Positions 1-14,395 of a DNA stretch of 64,000 nt are shown piece after piece. Source of the stretch: Botryllus schlosseri (Eukaryota). Under the pieces are notes generated by a model. It did no database searches. It worked only from the letters and a program-made list of their open reading frames with translations, and was not told the origin of the DNA. The translations under genes were made by a program, and so were the position numbers. How positions within the stretch are numbered: position 1 is the stretch's first letter; each line of letters starts with the position of its first letter. Location: NCBI GenBank assembly GCA_051294905.1, contig CM119385.1:14942001-15006000 (forward strand). The letters are read 5' to 3'.

Positions 1-2464
1 TTTTATCGATGATACGTCATTTTCTTGTTACGTCATAATATTTGCTCAACTTTATATGGGACCATTGATCGCACCCACCGATTTGCATTCTTGGCAGGTC
101 CGTACCTACCGCACCCCAAACTCCCTAATATGATGGTGAGCGAGAAAGGGCCGAAACACCACTTCGTTCCCTTCCCCCCACCAAAAAATCATTTGTCTTG
201 GGCACCCATGGGATCATAATTTTTTAAATAATTTTATATAATTCAATATTGATTCGGTCAATATTATCGGGTATTGCATATATACTGCTATAATTTTTTT
301 ACCCTCTCTCTGCCCATTTAATCAGATTTACCGGTAGCGCTGAGTGAGGTGTTGCCTGGGAAATTCGGGCCCGTAAATAATAATTGAACAATGAACATAT
401 TCGGGTGGGCCCGTTGTTATTTCATGCATTCCTGTCTGCTATGTCAGGTGATATTAAAATCGCCCAAACGTATTAAACAAAAAGAAGCACACGATTTCAA
501 ATTGGTATTTCTTCACTGGCAAATATTTTTTCTCTGCGGGGTGGCACTTGTCTTGCAGATTGTCAGTACAGGAACATTTGGCGCCAGTCATTTATAGGCT
601 ACTATGGACAATTGAACATATTTGTATGTACATAAAAGTTTTCGGACAGCATAAGGGCAGTAGGTCGAGTTTTTTTTTGCTGCTTATCGTTCTTGCACAC
701 TTATCGGAGTTGCGTATTGCATGGCCTAATACTTCGTATGTATTGATGCGTCGTGGCGTGGTGATGACCGACGCCGAACTGACAATTTCTATAAATCATG
801 TGTATTTTTCTTGGATAATGGTACTCAACAACGAAGAGGTTCGGCACCATCAAATTGTTGTTGCATAAAGTTGCATATATATTCAAAAATACTCACGAAA
901 TTATTTTGGACCCCCTTCGAGCTCCCCCCCCCCCCCATTGGAGGGTTTTGGGGTGCGGTATAGTTACGGTCCTGGAGCGAGCTCGAAGGGGAATCAAAAG
1001 TATTTCGTAAATCAACATAAATTGTAGACTATTTTCGAGAAATTTAATCAACTTGAAAATTTTCGTCAAGCTTCGCAATTTAATTTCTGTAGATACCTTG
1101 GTTCTGAAATGCATACGTCTACCCTTACGCAAAAAAGCATGTCTAATTTATAGCAATAGGAAGTTCGGTGCACGTCAGTACCGCACCACGACACACCAAA
1201 AGACCGGTGCAGTTTCAGCCTACATGTGACTCCACGAAGTGTGCTACCAAAAAAGTCTTACGCCAAAACTTTAGGCATGTGTTAATTGTCAATAGCCACG
1301 ATGGATGGACGTGATGAATAGTCATGTCCTCCCAATCTGAACCCCCAAATGCAGATGCAACCCGGGCACCCTCAGAGGAATGAATGCATGGGAATTTGTG
1401 TGTGCGTCCTACGACATTTTAGTCTGCTACAAGTTTGGGTGACTACAATATCTTTTGATTATATAACAGACGTCATGCAATTATGTAATTATAACAGCAT
1501 ATCAGATGTTATAAATATGAATTACGAGCTCGCCGCTCGACCGGTAAATCTGAACATCGGTGGCTGGGAGAGGATTGAAAATGAATAATATTATTATGTA
1601 ATTATCAAGATTACTAACGAATTTCAGTCATCAACCTGAAAATTGACTACCTTATGGGATACATCCCGAAACCAACGTTTGGAGTGGGGGAATGAATTGC
1701 TGATTTGGTCCTGATTCTAGCTACAACCCACACTAACATGGTGCATAAGCGGGTTGCTATGGCGCAGGTCCAAATATTGAGTAAAGAATTGGATAATAAC
1801 GATTGGCGCCCGTTTCAAATAGAGTCATATGAGAAAAAGATAAAGTGAACATGAAATTCTGCATTCCATTTAATACAGATATGCTGCAAGCTGCCGTTAC
1901 GAGACAGAAAGGCTCGGATATGATATATATATGCAGCTGTTCGTTTTTAATGCTTCATTGTAAAAATCGTAATGTCTCATTTTAGTAGTACAAAATTTCA
2001 AAGCGATTTCCGGTGTACGTACGCAGATACATAGGCATACGGCTCGCCAAACAACAACGGTCCAACTGCGTTTAATTAAGCATACCCGTTACCTAAACAT
2101 CAATTAATAAGTTACTATGTGAAATTAGGTAGAGTAGTGACTATTATCCTGCTGCGAGGAGTGACATCTGTAGGCCTACTGCACTGAAGATTTCATATCC
2201 AGCGCGAGCGGGTATTTTTACAATCACATTACAATGTACAATGTGCTGTACATTGTACATCGGATATCTGTTTACTATGTGTGGATACTTCTTACGCAAT
2301 GATGAGCAAAGCCGATACTTCTGACGTAATAATGAGCAGTGGCGTTTGAAAATAAGACGTTGGTGCTATCAATAAGCGTGATATAATATCGCTTCTTGTT
2401 CAGAAATGTTCAGTTTAAGTCATGGTCCTTGTACAAATAAAAAGTAATCGTTATTACACAAAGA

Positions 2465-2610
2465 AATCGATTAGATATGCGAAGTAGTCGATTACGATTA
2501 CGATTACTTTGGAATTTTTTCGAATGTAATCGATTGCGATTACGATTACTTGGAAATGCTGTAATCGCCGTAATCGATTACGATTACTAATCGCGATTAC
2601 CCCATGTCTG
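2465..2610. mobile_element. MITE fragment with (CGATTA)n subterminal repeats
   Basis: About 8 copies of cgatta/taatcg ending in gattaccccatgtctg, a likely terminal inverted repeat (TIR). No partner TIR identified. Confidence 0.55.
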
Positions 2611-3078
2611 CTCAAATCTAACATGTCACCCAACTATTAGACAGACAATGAGTAATTTAAGAGATAACGGACCAATCAAAATACTTTTCGCAACACAGAC
2701 TAGGTGTGTCAGCAACCGACTGAGAATTAACTTCCAACACAGAGCCGTGAATCTGTGGATTTGGGCCGGAAGTTTCCATGAGTAGAGTTTCTGCGGTTCA
2801 TAACCCTATTACATAAAATTTGATTAAGTTTCGCAAATTGGTGCAAATTTTTCTTTTCTTGAAGAATATTTACGAAATACAGATGATATTTAGCTTAGTG
2901 CAGTGGTACTCAACATAATTTAGTCCCCTTGGATCCCCGGGGGAGAGCATTCCCGATTGGAAACTACGGGTTTAATGGGAAAGATTGCAAACAAAATCCA
3001 GCGAACGCTCCCGCCGCTTCATGATATGCAGTGATATTCAAGCCTTCCTGGCGGATTACAAGATGGCGCATGTCTTAC

Positions 3079-6000
3079 CTCGGCAAATATCAACGTGTGG
3101 ATGCTTTGTCGACAGGGTGATATCATGAGAGGAAATCCGAGCACGACAGACATCGCAAAACCCATTTTGATGAAGTCAAGGAGAACGTTTGACGGAAAAT
3201 TTAACAGCAAATTACCGGCGATAGCCTCTTGATACGTAGTGTAACCGAAGAAGCCAATCTGCCAGAAAATTTCAAAAAATCTCACAAAACTGCGGCTGAT
3301 AAACGATGAATCAGAACTAGTACGTGTAAGTTAGTTAATGTGACTTGAGAATAAACAAGCTGCTCCGCGAATATATTCTGCCCAAAGCTAGACGGAACCT
3401 TCAAAATCACGAATTGCGTATATGAGTACTTGTAGACTCGTAGAATAAACCGTATTGTATGCACATTTAACAAATCTACAGTGGATCAGTATTCGAATGA
3501 GTGACTCCCTTGTAACTGAAAATCATGTGAAAGTGACTTGCCACGTTAACTCAGAAATGCCTAAACCTAGGATTAAACTTAAAGTAGCCAAACAGAATTC
3601 GAATTCCATCAGCTACAGCAAGGGTGTGCAACCGGACGGCCGCAGAACACTACTACATCATTTTAATGGTGTGCAGGTCTTGACATGGGTTTCTAATTTA
3701 GCTTATAGTCTAGTATTTTGGAGCTTTTCTAGAGTGGCTTAAAAAGTGGATAAAACGCTACATCTATCAAAATGTGCGCAATATTATGATTCATTTGATA
3801 AAATACCTACCGCAATTTTCAAAGTCTGATATCAAATTTTATTGATAAGTCTGGCCATCACTATGATGGGTCTTTATCACCAGTAGATATTTATGTGCTG
3901 GGAAAGTGCATTTGTGAGCGTAGTATATATGACACTGCATGCGTACCACAAATTACAAATTCGAAAGTACCTATTCGTACTCAAGATTATACGCCGAAGA
4001 TCGATATCGCGATAATCATAATATGGAATTTCACATCGTTGCGCTGTTTGTGTATAATTTCCTATAATCACTCAGGGCCCCGAGGAACATCTCCGTAAAT
4101 ACATTAAACCTGTTGTTCAACCTTCACAATTCATGTACCAACCTCAGAAACTGTCTACGGTTATCAAGACGTAGTAGTAAATTTGCCGTCAACTCACCGA
4201 CATATAAGCGATCGTTACAAATCTTATGGCTCCGAACACAATATCTTCCACGCGATGCACAGTCGGCTCTTCCAGCGAGCTGTACACGATAAACAGTTGA
4301 CATTGGCACGCGTAAGCCAAGCTGAAGATGGGTAGACACTGGAATACTCCGGCAGGCCTCCAAAAGTTCACTTTAGCCAGCCAGTCTCCATTAAGCAGGC
4401 CGTTGCTGGCAGCGTTTAGAATAACCTGTAACGAAACAAGATGAGTTATTGATGATTTCATCCAAGAGATGATGGTAATATTCAATTATTTAATAGACAG
4501 TAATCTTGGGCAGGTTCTCAAATAGAATTTACAGCTCAACTCTGAAAATTTCTATCTTTGGACCAGAAAATTGGATTCCTATTGGAATTTAATGGACTGA
4601 TATAATCACTGGCGATTATGTTCCGATATAGATGTCAGACTCAGAGTGAAAAACAGTGAGATAACGTGAATAGGCTGATTACTAGAATTTAGTGAAGATA
4701 ATCACAGAAGCATGAAGTTGGCCTACATCTGATTTAATCCGATCAAACCGATTGCAAACATTGTCATTATGCACACATTTCGGCAATATTGCTATGACAA
4801 ACACCTAAACACTATAAATATCCAAAAGACGTCTAATTATATTTTATGTTATCGTGTTCACTAGACAAAACTAGCATATTGAGGATTCAAGTATCATAAG
4901 AATGAATAAAGGATAAATCATACGGCAATGCATACAGAGCTTACGAACACAGCTGTTCATTGAACCGCTTCCCTAATGATATCATACTAACAATTGTAAA
5001 ATGTGATGTTAAATACATATTCTTCATTGAAGTCAATGGTTCAGTTACTTACAATTGAGTTCTATTTTCAATAAAGGCAAGGACAATTTGGGCGAGCATT
5101 CATGTCATATGACATATACTCTACTGCTGCTCACACATATATTCAATTCTGGCACTGCACTGCACAAAAATGGCATAAAGCTATAGCAAAACCATCTATG
5201 CAGCTTGTAATGGGTACCATTTGATTAGCCAACCTGAGGAATGCGGATGTGGTCTTGAAACTCAAATTTATAGTAAGATTCTCGCCACCTTAATTTTCTT
5301 CGAATACCAGGCCTATTTCCAGAACGTACCGAGTCCTTTTATTCCACGGATCATTAATACAGGGGCGCAGAATGGATTTCCAAGGCCCTACTTCCACACA
5401 AGTACCTGTAATAATTTACAATATCCACGGTACCACTTGACATTGGTGACTATTTATACCTATAACAGCTGCTGCATAGAAGATAAAAACACATCAACTC
5501 AGCTTACCACAACAAGGAAAGCTAAATAAAATATCAAGCTACAAAATCCAAAGTAGCTCAGTAACGAAAGATTCTTCATCATCCCAAGAGGCAGCGCTAT
5601 GCACAGAGCCGTGAAGATGATCGTAAACAGACGCAGAGTGTATGGATCCTGAAAATATCAGAATGAAGTCACAAATCAACCTGGGTTAATTTGTTTGAAA
5701 CACACAACGATCAATGAATCAACAGATTAGTGGTATTTGGCAGAAAGGACAGCTGAACAAGTTGAACAGGATAGGCAACTAACTTGACAGAGTAATTATG
5801 TCATTTTAGAGATGATGATATAGTAACTGAAACAATAGTTGGGCAAACCTCCAATGCCTGCATGTTACCAGATACCAGCCCAGTTATCTGTTGTACAGAT
5901 GCCATCTAGTCAACCCTAAGCAATCCCATTTGAAAATTGTTATTCATACAAAAGCTTTTGAAGAAAAAGTAGTAGGTCAAAAATACTGAATCTTGCTGAA

Positions 6001-8573
6001 GGGGAGAAAGTAAGCGAGCATATACAGTTCAAGTGAATATAACACTTGAGTGATCACGCATATCTTATTTTGAGCAAGTTTAAGAACCAAATAATCCGCT
6101 TCACATTTTAATCATCACAGAACAGTGCAGATTCTTTCCCATCCCGATCCGAATCATCAATTGCATTATGAAGTTCCCTGTCCCTTCTTAAATATGAATT
6201 CCAAAAACGTTGTTTAGTCACATAAGTCAGATATATATCCCATCAAAAAATAAAGCACTCAAGCAATGTTAGTCAGACATCTCAATTATCATGAGTCTCA
6301 TATCACAATCCAACTTACAGCTCCAGGCACTATTTTCGCCACAGTCCCATGAGACAAGTCCCCGATCACAACGTAAAACGCTATACACGTGCCCAGCATC
6401 AAGCCAATCATGCTGTAAAAGTTGGGTTAATATTACAACCGATTCAAAGACGAATCATGAGCTGCAGCAATGAATCACATTACTTACAGCAGCATTTGCC
6501 TATTCATTTGAGGGTTGAAATTGAAATTCACAACACGTCAACGAGTCCAGGTACTACAATAGGCCTACTGGGCTTCTTTTTGAACATATCACCCAGTGAC
6601 CAGGGGCAAACCTTTATTTGATGCAATCCAAAAAACCTTCAACCATCTACAGCAGTGGTTCCCAACCTTTTTCGACTCATCACCCCCCTTATCAAGCTCA
6701 ACCCCGACCATCGTCCCCCAGATTTTGTGAACCGAAAAATCGGTATACAATCTGTAATCATCGACGGGTTGACTAAAAAAAAAAAAAAGGTCAACTTTAC
6801 GGCTCGGTGTCGAATTTTACACTTTTGTAACTAAATTTCCGTGGGTTGACTAAAAAAAAAAAAAGATCATTTCTCCGACTTGACTCCAAAATAGCCGTTT
6901 TAACGCGTCATCGCCCCCTTCGCTATTTTTGCCCCCTGTCGCCCCCTTTGTCCATTTTCGCCCCCCTATCGCCCCCTTCGTCATGTTTGCCCCCCCCCTA
7001 GGCCGCCAAATCGCCCCCTGGGGCGATATCGCCCACGTTGGGAACCACTGATCTGCACAAAATTTCTACTTCCAGAAACTAGTGAGTGACCTAGCAATCG
7101 GCAGACACAAATCAGTGAGTAGATGTAAAATGATCAAGGGCACTATTGAACGCTGTAGTTTATTAGCTAAACGTACCTTAATTCCACACAAAATTTGCCC
7201 GTGGGTCCCAGAGTGGAGAGCGCTAAATAGAATAGAAATAAGAATCTTTGAAGACATCACAATTGAGCGATAGAATATGTTTGAAAACCAAAATACCGGG
7301 CACCCAGGCAACTATTACTCTCAACCCAGTAGAGCGGTGACCACAACGACACCACCAGTTAAATAAAATCTCAAATGTTAGCTAATAGCACAAAAATGCC
7401 GAAAATAGGCCTCCAGGGGGATTCGAGATAAATAATTTGACGGGCTCAAATCGTTTAATAATGCACTTGGATTTTATTAAAATAACTTTGTCAAAGTGCA
7501 GTTCCCCTAAAAATTAGTGGTGCTCTTGCCTTTAACTGTGCTCTATTGAGATTTCATTTTACCCATATCTCATCAGAACAGGTAATCTCGGAATCCAAAT
7601 GGTCGATATAGCAAACAATGCAGGAACAATGGTAACATACTGATGAAGGGGTGGTCACAAGATTATACGGATATTTTATCACTCAGAAGTGCCTGACACT
7701 TTCGACTATAAACCATATTTTTAATATCAGGCCAATATTCAAAAATTTTGACATTTTTGTCCATATATAGCATTGATAAACAAAGCAATTAATACGTCAC
7801 TATTGTATGAAAACTGTACAGTCCGTAAAATCCCTACCATCAAAAGATCAGGTCATGATATTAAAGCAAACAAGTCGTCTCGGTTTATTAAAGTTCAATA
7901 AAACACAGAAAAGAACACAAATCCCGGGGATCAGGCGAGATAGCTTACCGAGATATTCATAGCTTCTTTTCCTTTTGTGATAGGCAGATGAGGCGAGCAT
8001 ACTGCACGACAGATACGTGAGCCACGCTGCGCAGAAGAGAAGGCAGAGACCCAAAACAATGCCACACTACAAAAACGGAGAAAAAATGATATTCTACCCC
8101 AAGGAAAGATAGATAAAGAATATGATATTCATAACCTTGAAAGTAACTGTATTACGACGCGATATACATGACATAACTTAGTTACGAGTGCCAATATAGG
8201 AATTATACAATTATGGGTGACCCTGAATCATCGATTCAACTGGTGAAATCTAATTCGGTGGGCAATTTTTCTATATTCATCCTCGTGCAATGAAATCGAG
8301 TTTGAGCTATATCGTAAGCATAAATTTCTGAAGTGTAATTTTCTCTAGATAGTCTGCACGTAGTAGCTGCATGTCATTCTTCATCTAATATGCATAGATT
8401 TTTATAGATTCCCTATGCTGACTGTGTCGTTCAGAGGCTGTATTATGCAACCAGAATTGAGTAGAGATAATAACTGGAAAACTTACCTGCTTGAAGCAAT
8501 ACGGCATGGCTAGCACACTTACACCAATGATGCTATTTACAAGGTTAGTGATGTACGGAGAGTTACCCTCCAT
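3079..8573 (-). CDS. SLC38A10: SLC38A10-like sodium-coupled neutral amino acid transporter, N-terminal 298 codons (partial; downstream exons not found in window)
   Basis: Seven GT-AG exons with consistent phases: 8573-8487, 8066-7949, 7222-7177, 6412-6319, 5648-5508, 4425-4198, 3258-3079 (894 nt). Translation includes [70 protein letters not shown] and IGFFGY...[11 protein letters not shown]...[11 protein letters not shown], matching SLC38A10 motifs as I recall them. Confidence 0.93.
6653..7050. mobile_element. hAT (Charlie-like) MITE, 398 bp, in SLC38A10 intron 3
   Basis: TIRs cagtggttcccaac / gttgggaaccactg; flanks atctacag / atctgcac (6/8); internal cgccccc arrays. Confidence 0.85.
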
Positions 8574-9739
8574 CTTGATTATAATTGGCTACACAACTAT
8601 CAATATCAAGAATAGAATTCCATCTAAAGAATATATACATCCATAAATAACAGGCAACACATTCTAGCGATTAGTCATAACACATGAGAAAACAAAACAC
8701 AAATGAGAAACTGGTGCACACGTTCAACAAATTCGCTATCGTCATGCATATACAGCATCACATATATTGGTATTATGAAAGGTATAGCAAATTCATTGCA
8801 CTGGTTTTACTTGGCCTGGTTGCAGCTCATGACTATGAGGCATCTGTGAAACAGCACAGATTTGCTAAAATCAAATGTAATACAGATATACTACGAATCC
8901 AACCTAACATTTGTATTTGTAGAGAAACCTTCTTTCATACTGCTCATTGTTGACATAAGCTTGAGGTCACCAGCGCAAAATATCACAGTCCAAGCCAAAT
9001 CGGTCGGGAGGCAACTAAGATAACAATACCTTGCTGGGAGTAGACTACCATGGACGACTGGACGTATGCATTTCCTCGTTAGGTTAAAGATACTAGACCC
9101 ATAATGAGTAACACAAATTGGTGAATATCACATTACAACTTATTAAAAGTGATTTCATGCAGTACGCCTGCTGTTCTTCCTATACAGGAAACACACCATC
9201 ATGACATTTTGCATAATAGTCCTAAACGTAATGCATTAGTATATTGTGCTATAAATTCAATCAGGAAGTGGAAAGCATTTCAAAAATATAATGATCACCC
9301 GCCGAAAACGGTAGTTCAGAAAGCGACTACGTTCTCAACTAAACACAGTACTGACACGTCTGAGTCTGTACCAACCAAACAAACAAAATCATACCCAATT
9401 TTACTAAATGAATATTGACCTCCTCTCCCATCAATGTGACCTAACAATTCACAATGGTTAATCATTGACGAATTCATTACGTAACACCACAGCAGTAAAA
9501 ATGCTATATAAATAGTATCATATTTCCTGTAACAGCAATGATGGGGACGAGACCTTGACCTATTGCAAGATTTTTGATTCAACTTTAATCCTAGAATCCT
9601 GAAGCGCAACAGTCGCCAATTCAAATACATCAGAGTGGAATGTGGAACATCACACAAGATAATAGGTCCGACATAAATCTTATATGGTGCTGTCAAACGT
9701 TACAAATAAAAATGCAGCAGTGTGAAGTACCATCATTGT

Positions 9740-9745
9740 TTTATT
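9740..9745 (-). promoter_or_regulatory. Candidate poly(A) signal (AATAAA) for YIPF5
   Basis: First minus-strand AATAAA I found downstream of the YIPF5 stop, ~970 nt away. Confidence 0.3.
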
Positions 9746-10714
9746 TTTGATAACGTTATAACTGAGTTATGGGACTTAAATCGAATTCTTGATGTCGGAC
9801 TCCTCACCCAAGACCGCTACGAAAAAGAAAATTCTCAATACTATCTCATCTTCCAAGCTGGCAAGAGATAGTCGATTGATCACGGACAGGTGGATACAAC
9901 ATTTTTGACACTATAGTTTATAAACATACTATTAAGTCAAGGATTAACAGCAGCAGCAACAATTAATAGCTTAGTGAGTAACATGAGCACAGCTGGAAAA
10001 TAATTTTGTTTCGATCACATAAATAGCAGCATTACAGAGTTAGCAGCTTGCGACTTTACAGTTACAAATAGGTTACACAACCATACCAATCTCCATAAAC
10101 TGAATACAACCTTATCCACACAAGTATTTCAAAATGCTGCTTTACTTCAAATAATTCCATTATCTTTGTGCAGCAAACTGGAGCATAGTACTTGCGTCTA
10201 GCAGCCTAATTGCTGTTTGAGGTACCAGCCTGTGCCTATCCATTGATCTTATCTCGTCTTTACAAAAGTTATCTTTACTTGACTAGTTCACTCAAAAATC
10301 CATACATGATATATTAGCCTGCCAGATCGATATCCGACCATTGACAGAATTGTAATGGTGACTTTCCAGGGCATAAGCCCCAGATTTGCTTTACATTACA
10401 AAAATTTCTTGGATCTCGGGTTAGGTTATCATTGCGTGGCAGAAATGTTATCCTAAAATATCAGACCTATAGGAGTAACACTTTGCGTAGATTTTATCCT
10501 AAACTTACCAAGATGATACCATAAAACTCGACATAGACTTGTCAAACATACATTGTTAATTGCAAGTGCTAACTGCCCTACAAATATTTTAATCAAGACA
10601 GTAAAATAGATCGATAAGGTATGTTCACAAGTTTAGTCACACTGACATCAAATACAGTTAGTAGAATATCCTATCTTTGAAGTTGAAAATAGTCATATGA
10701 TTGGCAGTTTGAAA

Positions 10715-11503
<789 letters not shown>

Positions 11504-11787
11504 TTAACGTATCGCTTCAATACTACATAGCAAAGAAGAAAAGATAATTCAAATTTGTCACTCGTCGATCAAAATATTGTGGGTGCTTTGTGGGTTTAGA
11601 CAAATTCAGGTCACTAACTGACTGGTGGTATTTGTAATAAAGTACCAATGCTATTGTCTTCAACCGTACCATTGCAATATATATCGTAAGCATACCAAAC
11701 AGTATATACGAATAAAGCCATGAACTCATGCCTTTACGTTTACAGCGTTAATATGGGCAGGGATCGCAGGGTCGTATACCGGTAATT

Positions 11788-12005
11788 CAATCAATCAATC
11801 AGTTTTATTAATATTTTCATCATTTCAAAGCATCACAAGACTGCGATACAATGAAATAATAGGAGGGTGTCGAAACAACTTGGAGTAGCCTTTAAGATCA
11901 GACACCCACCTTAGCCTAGGCGAAGTAAAGAAGAGGCATGCACGCTGAATGAAAAGTAATGCAGAGAATATATATGACGCAAGCGACAAAATGAGGTGGC
12001 ATGTG
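11788..12005 (-). mobile_element. LINE-like 3' end fragment with AATAAA and (ATTG)n tail
   Basis: Homologous to 14181-14395 (shared tgcgatacaatgaaa, cctaggcga.gtaaaga.gaggcatgcac.ctgaatgaa); tcaatcaatcaatca microsatellite next to tttatt. Confidence 0.6.
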
Positions 12006-12553
12006 GCGGCGGGCGAGGTCGATGCTAGGTCGTGGTTCGGTAATCCTGAAGGCTATAGCTATTCTATTATAGTCATTTAGAAGAAATTGCTTGTATTGTT
12101 TCTGTATCTTTCACATTCTCAAATTCTTCCTTGTATATTATCGCAGTTTCAAACAGATGGAAGTAACACTTTATCGAACAAACGAATGAATCAATGTATG
12201 TATGCCTGCCTACAATGCAATATGCATGTCTTCATGTCAACGTGACAGCGTCACGAACAATGGCCATCTGCTCAGAGCCCATAGTCATATATAGTTTCGA
12301 AAGAACTTTGAAGAACGCGCATAGCGCTCGTGATCTATGTTTATAAATCATTTCTATAACAGTTTTCTATCACTATTTATTGCAATCTGGCTTCAGAGAC
12401 AAACTGAATCGATTTTATTTTAGGAAAATCCGACAAAAGATCGTTTATCTCGGGGAACAAATGGTAACAAATAATTCCAGATCGGTCGGTCAAAGTTCAG
12501 AGACACATCATTCGTCAACAGAGCGTAACGCCATAACTGGTTATAGTGGTAGT

Positions 12554-12577
12554 ATAGAAATTTAATTTAATTTCTAT
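12554..12577. repeat. 24-bp palindromic insert flanked by a 9-bp direct repeat
   Basis: agtggtagt | atagaaatt-taattt-aatttctat | agtggtagt. Confidence 0.6.
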
Positions 12578-13112
12578 AGTGGTAGTCTCGCTCGAAAGCT
12601 GAAGTGCTCTGTCCTCTTCATCACAAGTGAGTAAAAATTAACAGATACAAGCCGATTTCCCACAATCAAATGTAGTCGAATCAACTACGCGGTAACGTAG
12701 ACTACACGTTCCATATTATGCTCCTGTATTAATAAGATGCGTTCGAAGTTCTACGGATGAGAACTGGCGTGTCTATATAGCTCAGTGGTCTCGACTCGAC
12801 ACATCAACTCTTGACTTATTTAACATAATTTTAGTGAGAGAAATTTCAGTCCAAAACAACACCAGTTCTCAGTACAACTAAAATTGTACGAAGAAGTCAA
12901 AAGATCTTCATGAAGTCCACCCTAATGTTGAGACAATTTTGAATCCATGAAGAGTGAAGACGTGTGGTCACTGGTCACTGGTCATAGCTATGGTGTGCTG
13001 ATGACAGTATAGAGCAGGGGAGGCCAACACGATGCCCACGAAAAGGTTTTGAGTGGCCTACTGGGTAATTTTTGAAATTATTTATATTATCAATAATGAA
13101 TTGCTCAGATTG

Positions 13113-13275
13113 TAGGGTTACCATATTTTGGAATGAGGAAACGAGGACACTTTTACCATATAAAAAAGGAGGACGAACTGCCAAAAAGGAGGACATTTAG
13201 GCGTCCTTGGAGGACATTTTCAAAACCTGAAAAAGGAGGACAAATACTCCTAAAGGAGGACGTATGGTAACCCTA
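13113..13275. mobile_element. hAT MITE, 163 bp, with aggaggac subterminal repeats
   Basis: TIRs tagggttaccata / tatggtaacccta; TSD tcagattg / tcaggttg (7/8) once the 13280-14819 insertion is removed. Confidence 0.8.
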
Positions 13276-14180
13276 TCAGCAGAGGTGGTCAAAGTAGTGA
13301 AGAAAGCTACTCAAGTAGAAGTAGAAGTACTTCTTTCATAATCAACCTAAAACTACTTGAAGTAGAAGTAGAATTTACTGACTTTAAAAGTACTCAAGTA
13401 AGTATAAGTAGGCCTAGTTGTGAAAACGATCCTAATTCGTTCGCATGGATTGTAAAAGGGTGCAAATTGAGCTATGCGAAAGGTGACGAGCTTGATTCAT
13501 ATTGATAGGGCCTACATACCAGCAGTTATCCAAATTTCGATAGCATAAGCAATCGTCCACATCATAGGATTAAAATGATAGTATTATTATGAAAATGCGA
13601 TACTTATCCTCTATTTTCTAGCTAAAACAGCACGTTTTAGAAAATAGCATGGTATGGCGCCATCCCCCATATTATAAGGTCCGTAGTTCAGTCGAAGAGC
13701 AATACGGAGAAGTTGTATAGGATACGGTGTAAACACTTTGCGCGATTAGTAAACGTTATTAAAAATACGGGGGACCGTAAAAATGCCATATTGTGTAGCT
13801 TTATTTCCGGAAATTAATGGCATTACTACACTTGCTTTTATACTTCAGCATGTATTTTATCCAGACAAAAGAACTGATATTAATTATAACTCAAAGTATA
13901 TGATACTGGAAATTGAAAATAAAACATTAATACTAGCCTACTTCTAAAATCGGAACACGTTTTTCATGCCTTCAGTCCAGAAAGTTTCAAAGGCGGTATG
14001 CTAAAACAGCACTAAAACCAACAAAAAAGTCAGAGTCCACTTTTCCAGGTTTAGGACGTGCCATGGACATGCTAGATTACGATATGATAAGTACATGATA
14101 GATTGCGAAACTAAAGTTTCAAACGATATGATGAGCCATATATACTGTGATGAATTATTTCATATGGGCGAAGGGCGACA

Positions 14181-14395
14181 ATCATCATCATCATTGGTTT
14201 ATTAGCAATTTTATCAGTTCAATACACCACAAAAAATGCGATACAATGAAAGAAAGGAAGATGTCGAAGCGACTAGGTTGTCTATGGAATCTGACACCAA
14301 CCTTGGCCTAGGCGATGTAAAGAGGAGGCATGCACACTGAATGAAGTAAAGAAGATAGTATAGAAAAAGAAAGCGACAAGAAATGTGGTGTGAAC
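14181..14395 (-). mobile_element. LINE-like 3' end fragment with AATAAA and (ATG)n tail, inserted in the hAT element
   Basis: Homologous to 11788-12005; absent at the equivalent site of the other hAT copy (~24485-24495). Confidence 0.7.

Noticed and set aside
701-886. MQQQFDGAEP frame resembling the start of SLC38A10 exon 8 (QQKDG)
   Set aside because: Stop after 13 codons, no suitable acceptor, and no following transmembrane segment.
1813-1824. Partial match (tctatttgaa, minus strand) to the ascidian spliced-leader sequence as I recall it
   Set aside because: Only 10 nt, with no donor or Sm-site context; expected by chance.
8191-8200. Perfect CArG box CCAATATAGG
   Set aside because: Single site in an SLC38A10 intron, far from MRTF; such 10-mers occur by chance in AT-rich DNA (another lies inside a MITE at ~16569).
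9316-9696. 126-aa minus-strand ORF between YIPF5 and SLC38A10
   Set aside because: No recognisable motif; length is within chance expectation; likely UTR or intron.
12778-12788. tRNA A-box-like TAGCTCAGTGG
   Set aside because: No B-box (GTTCRA) at the right distance and no cloverleaf. The gttcgaatcc at ~45006 likewise lacks an A-box.
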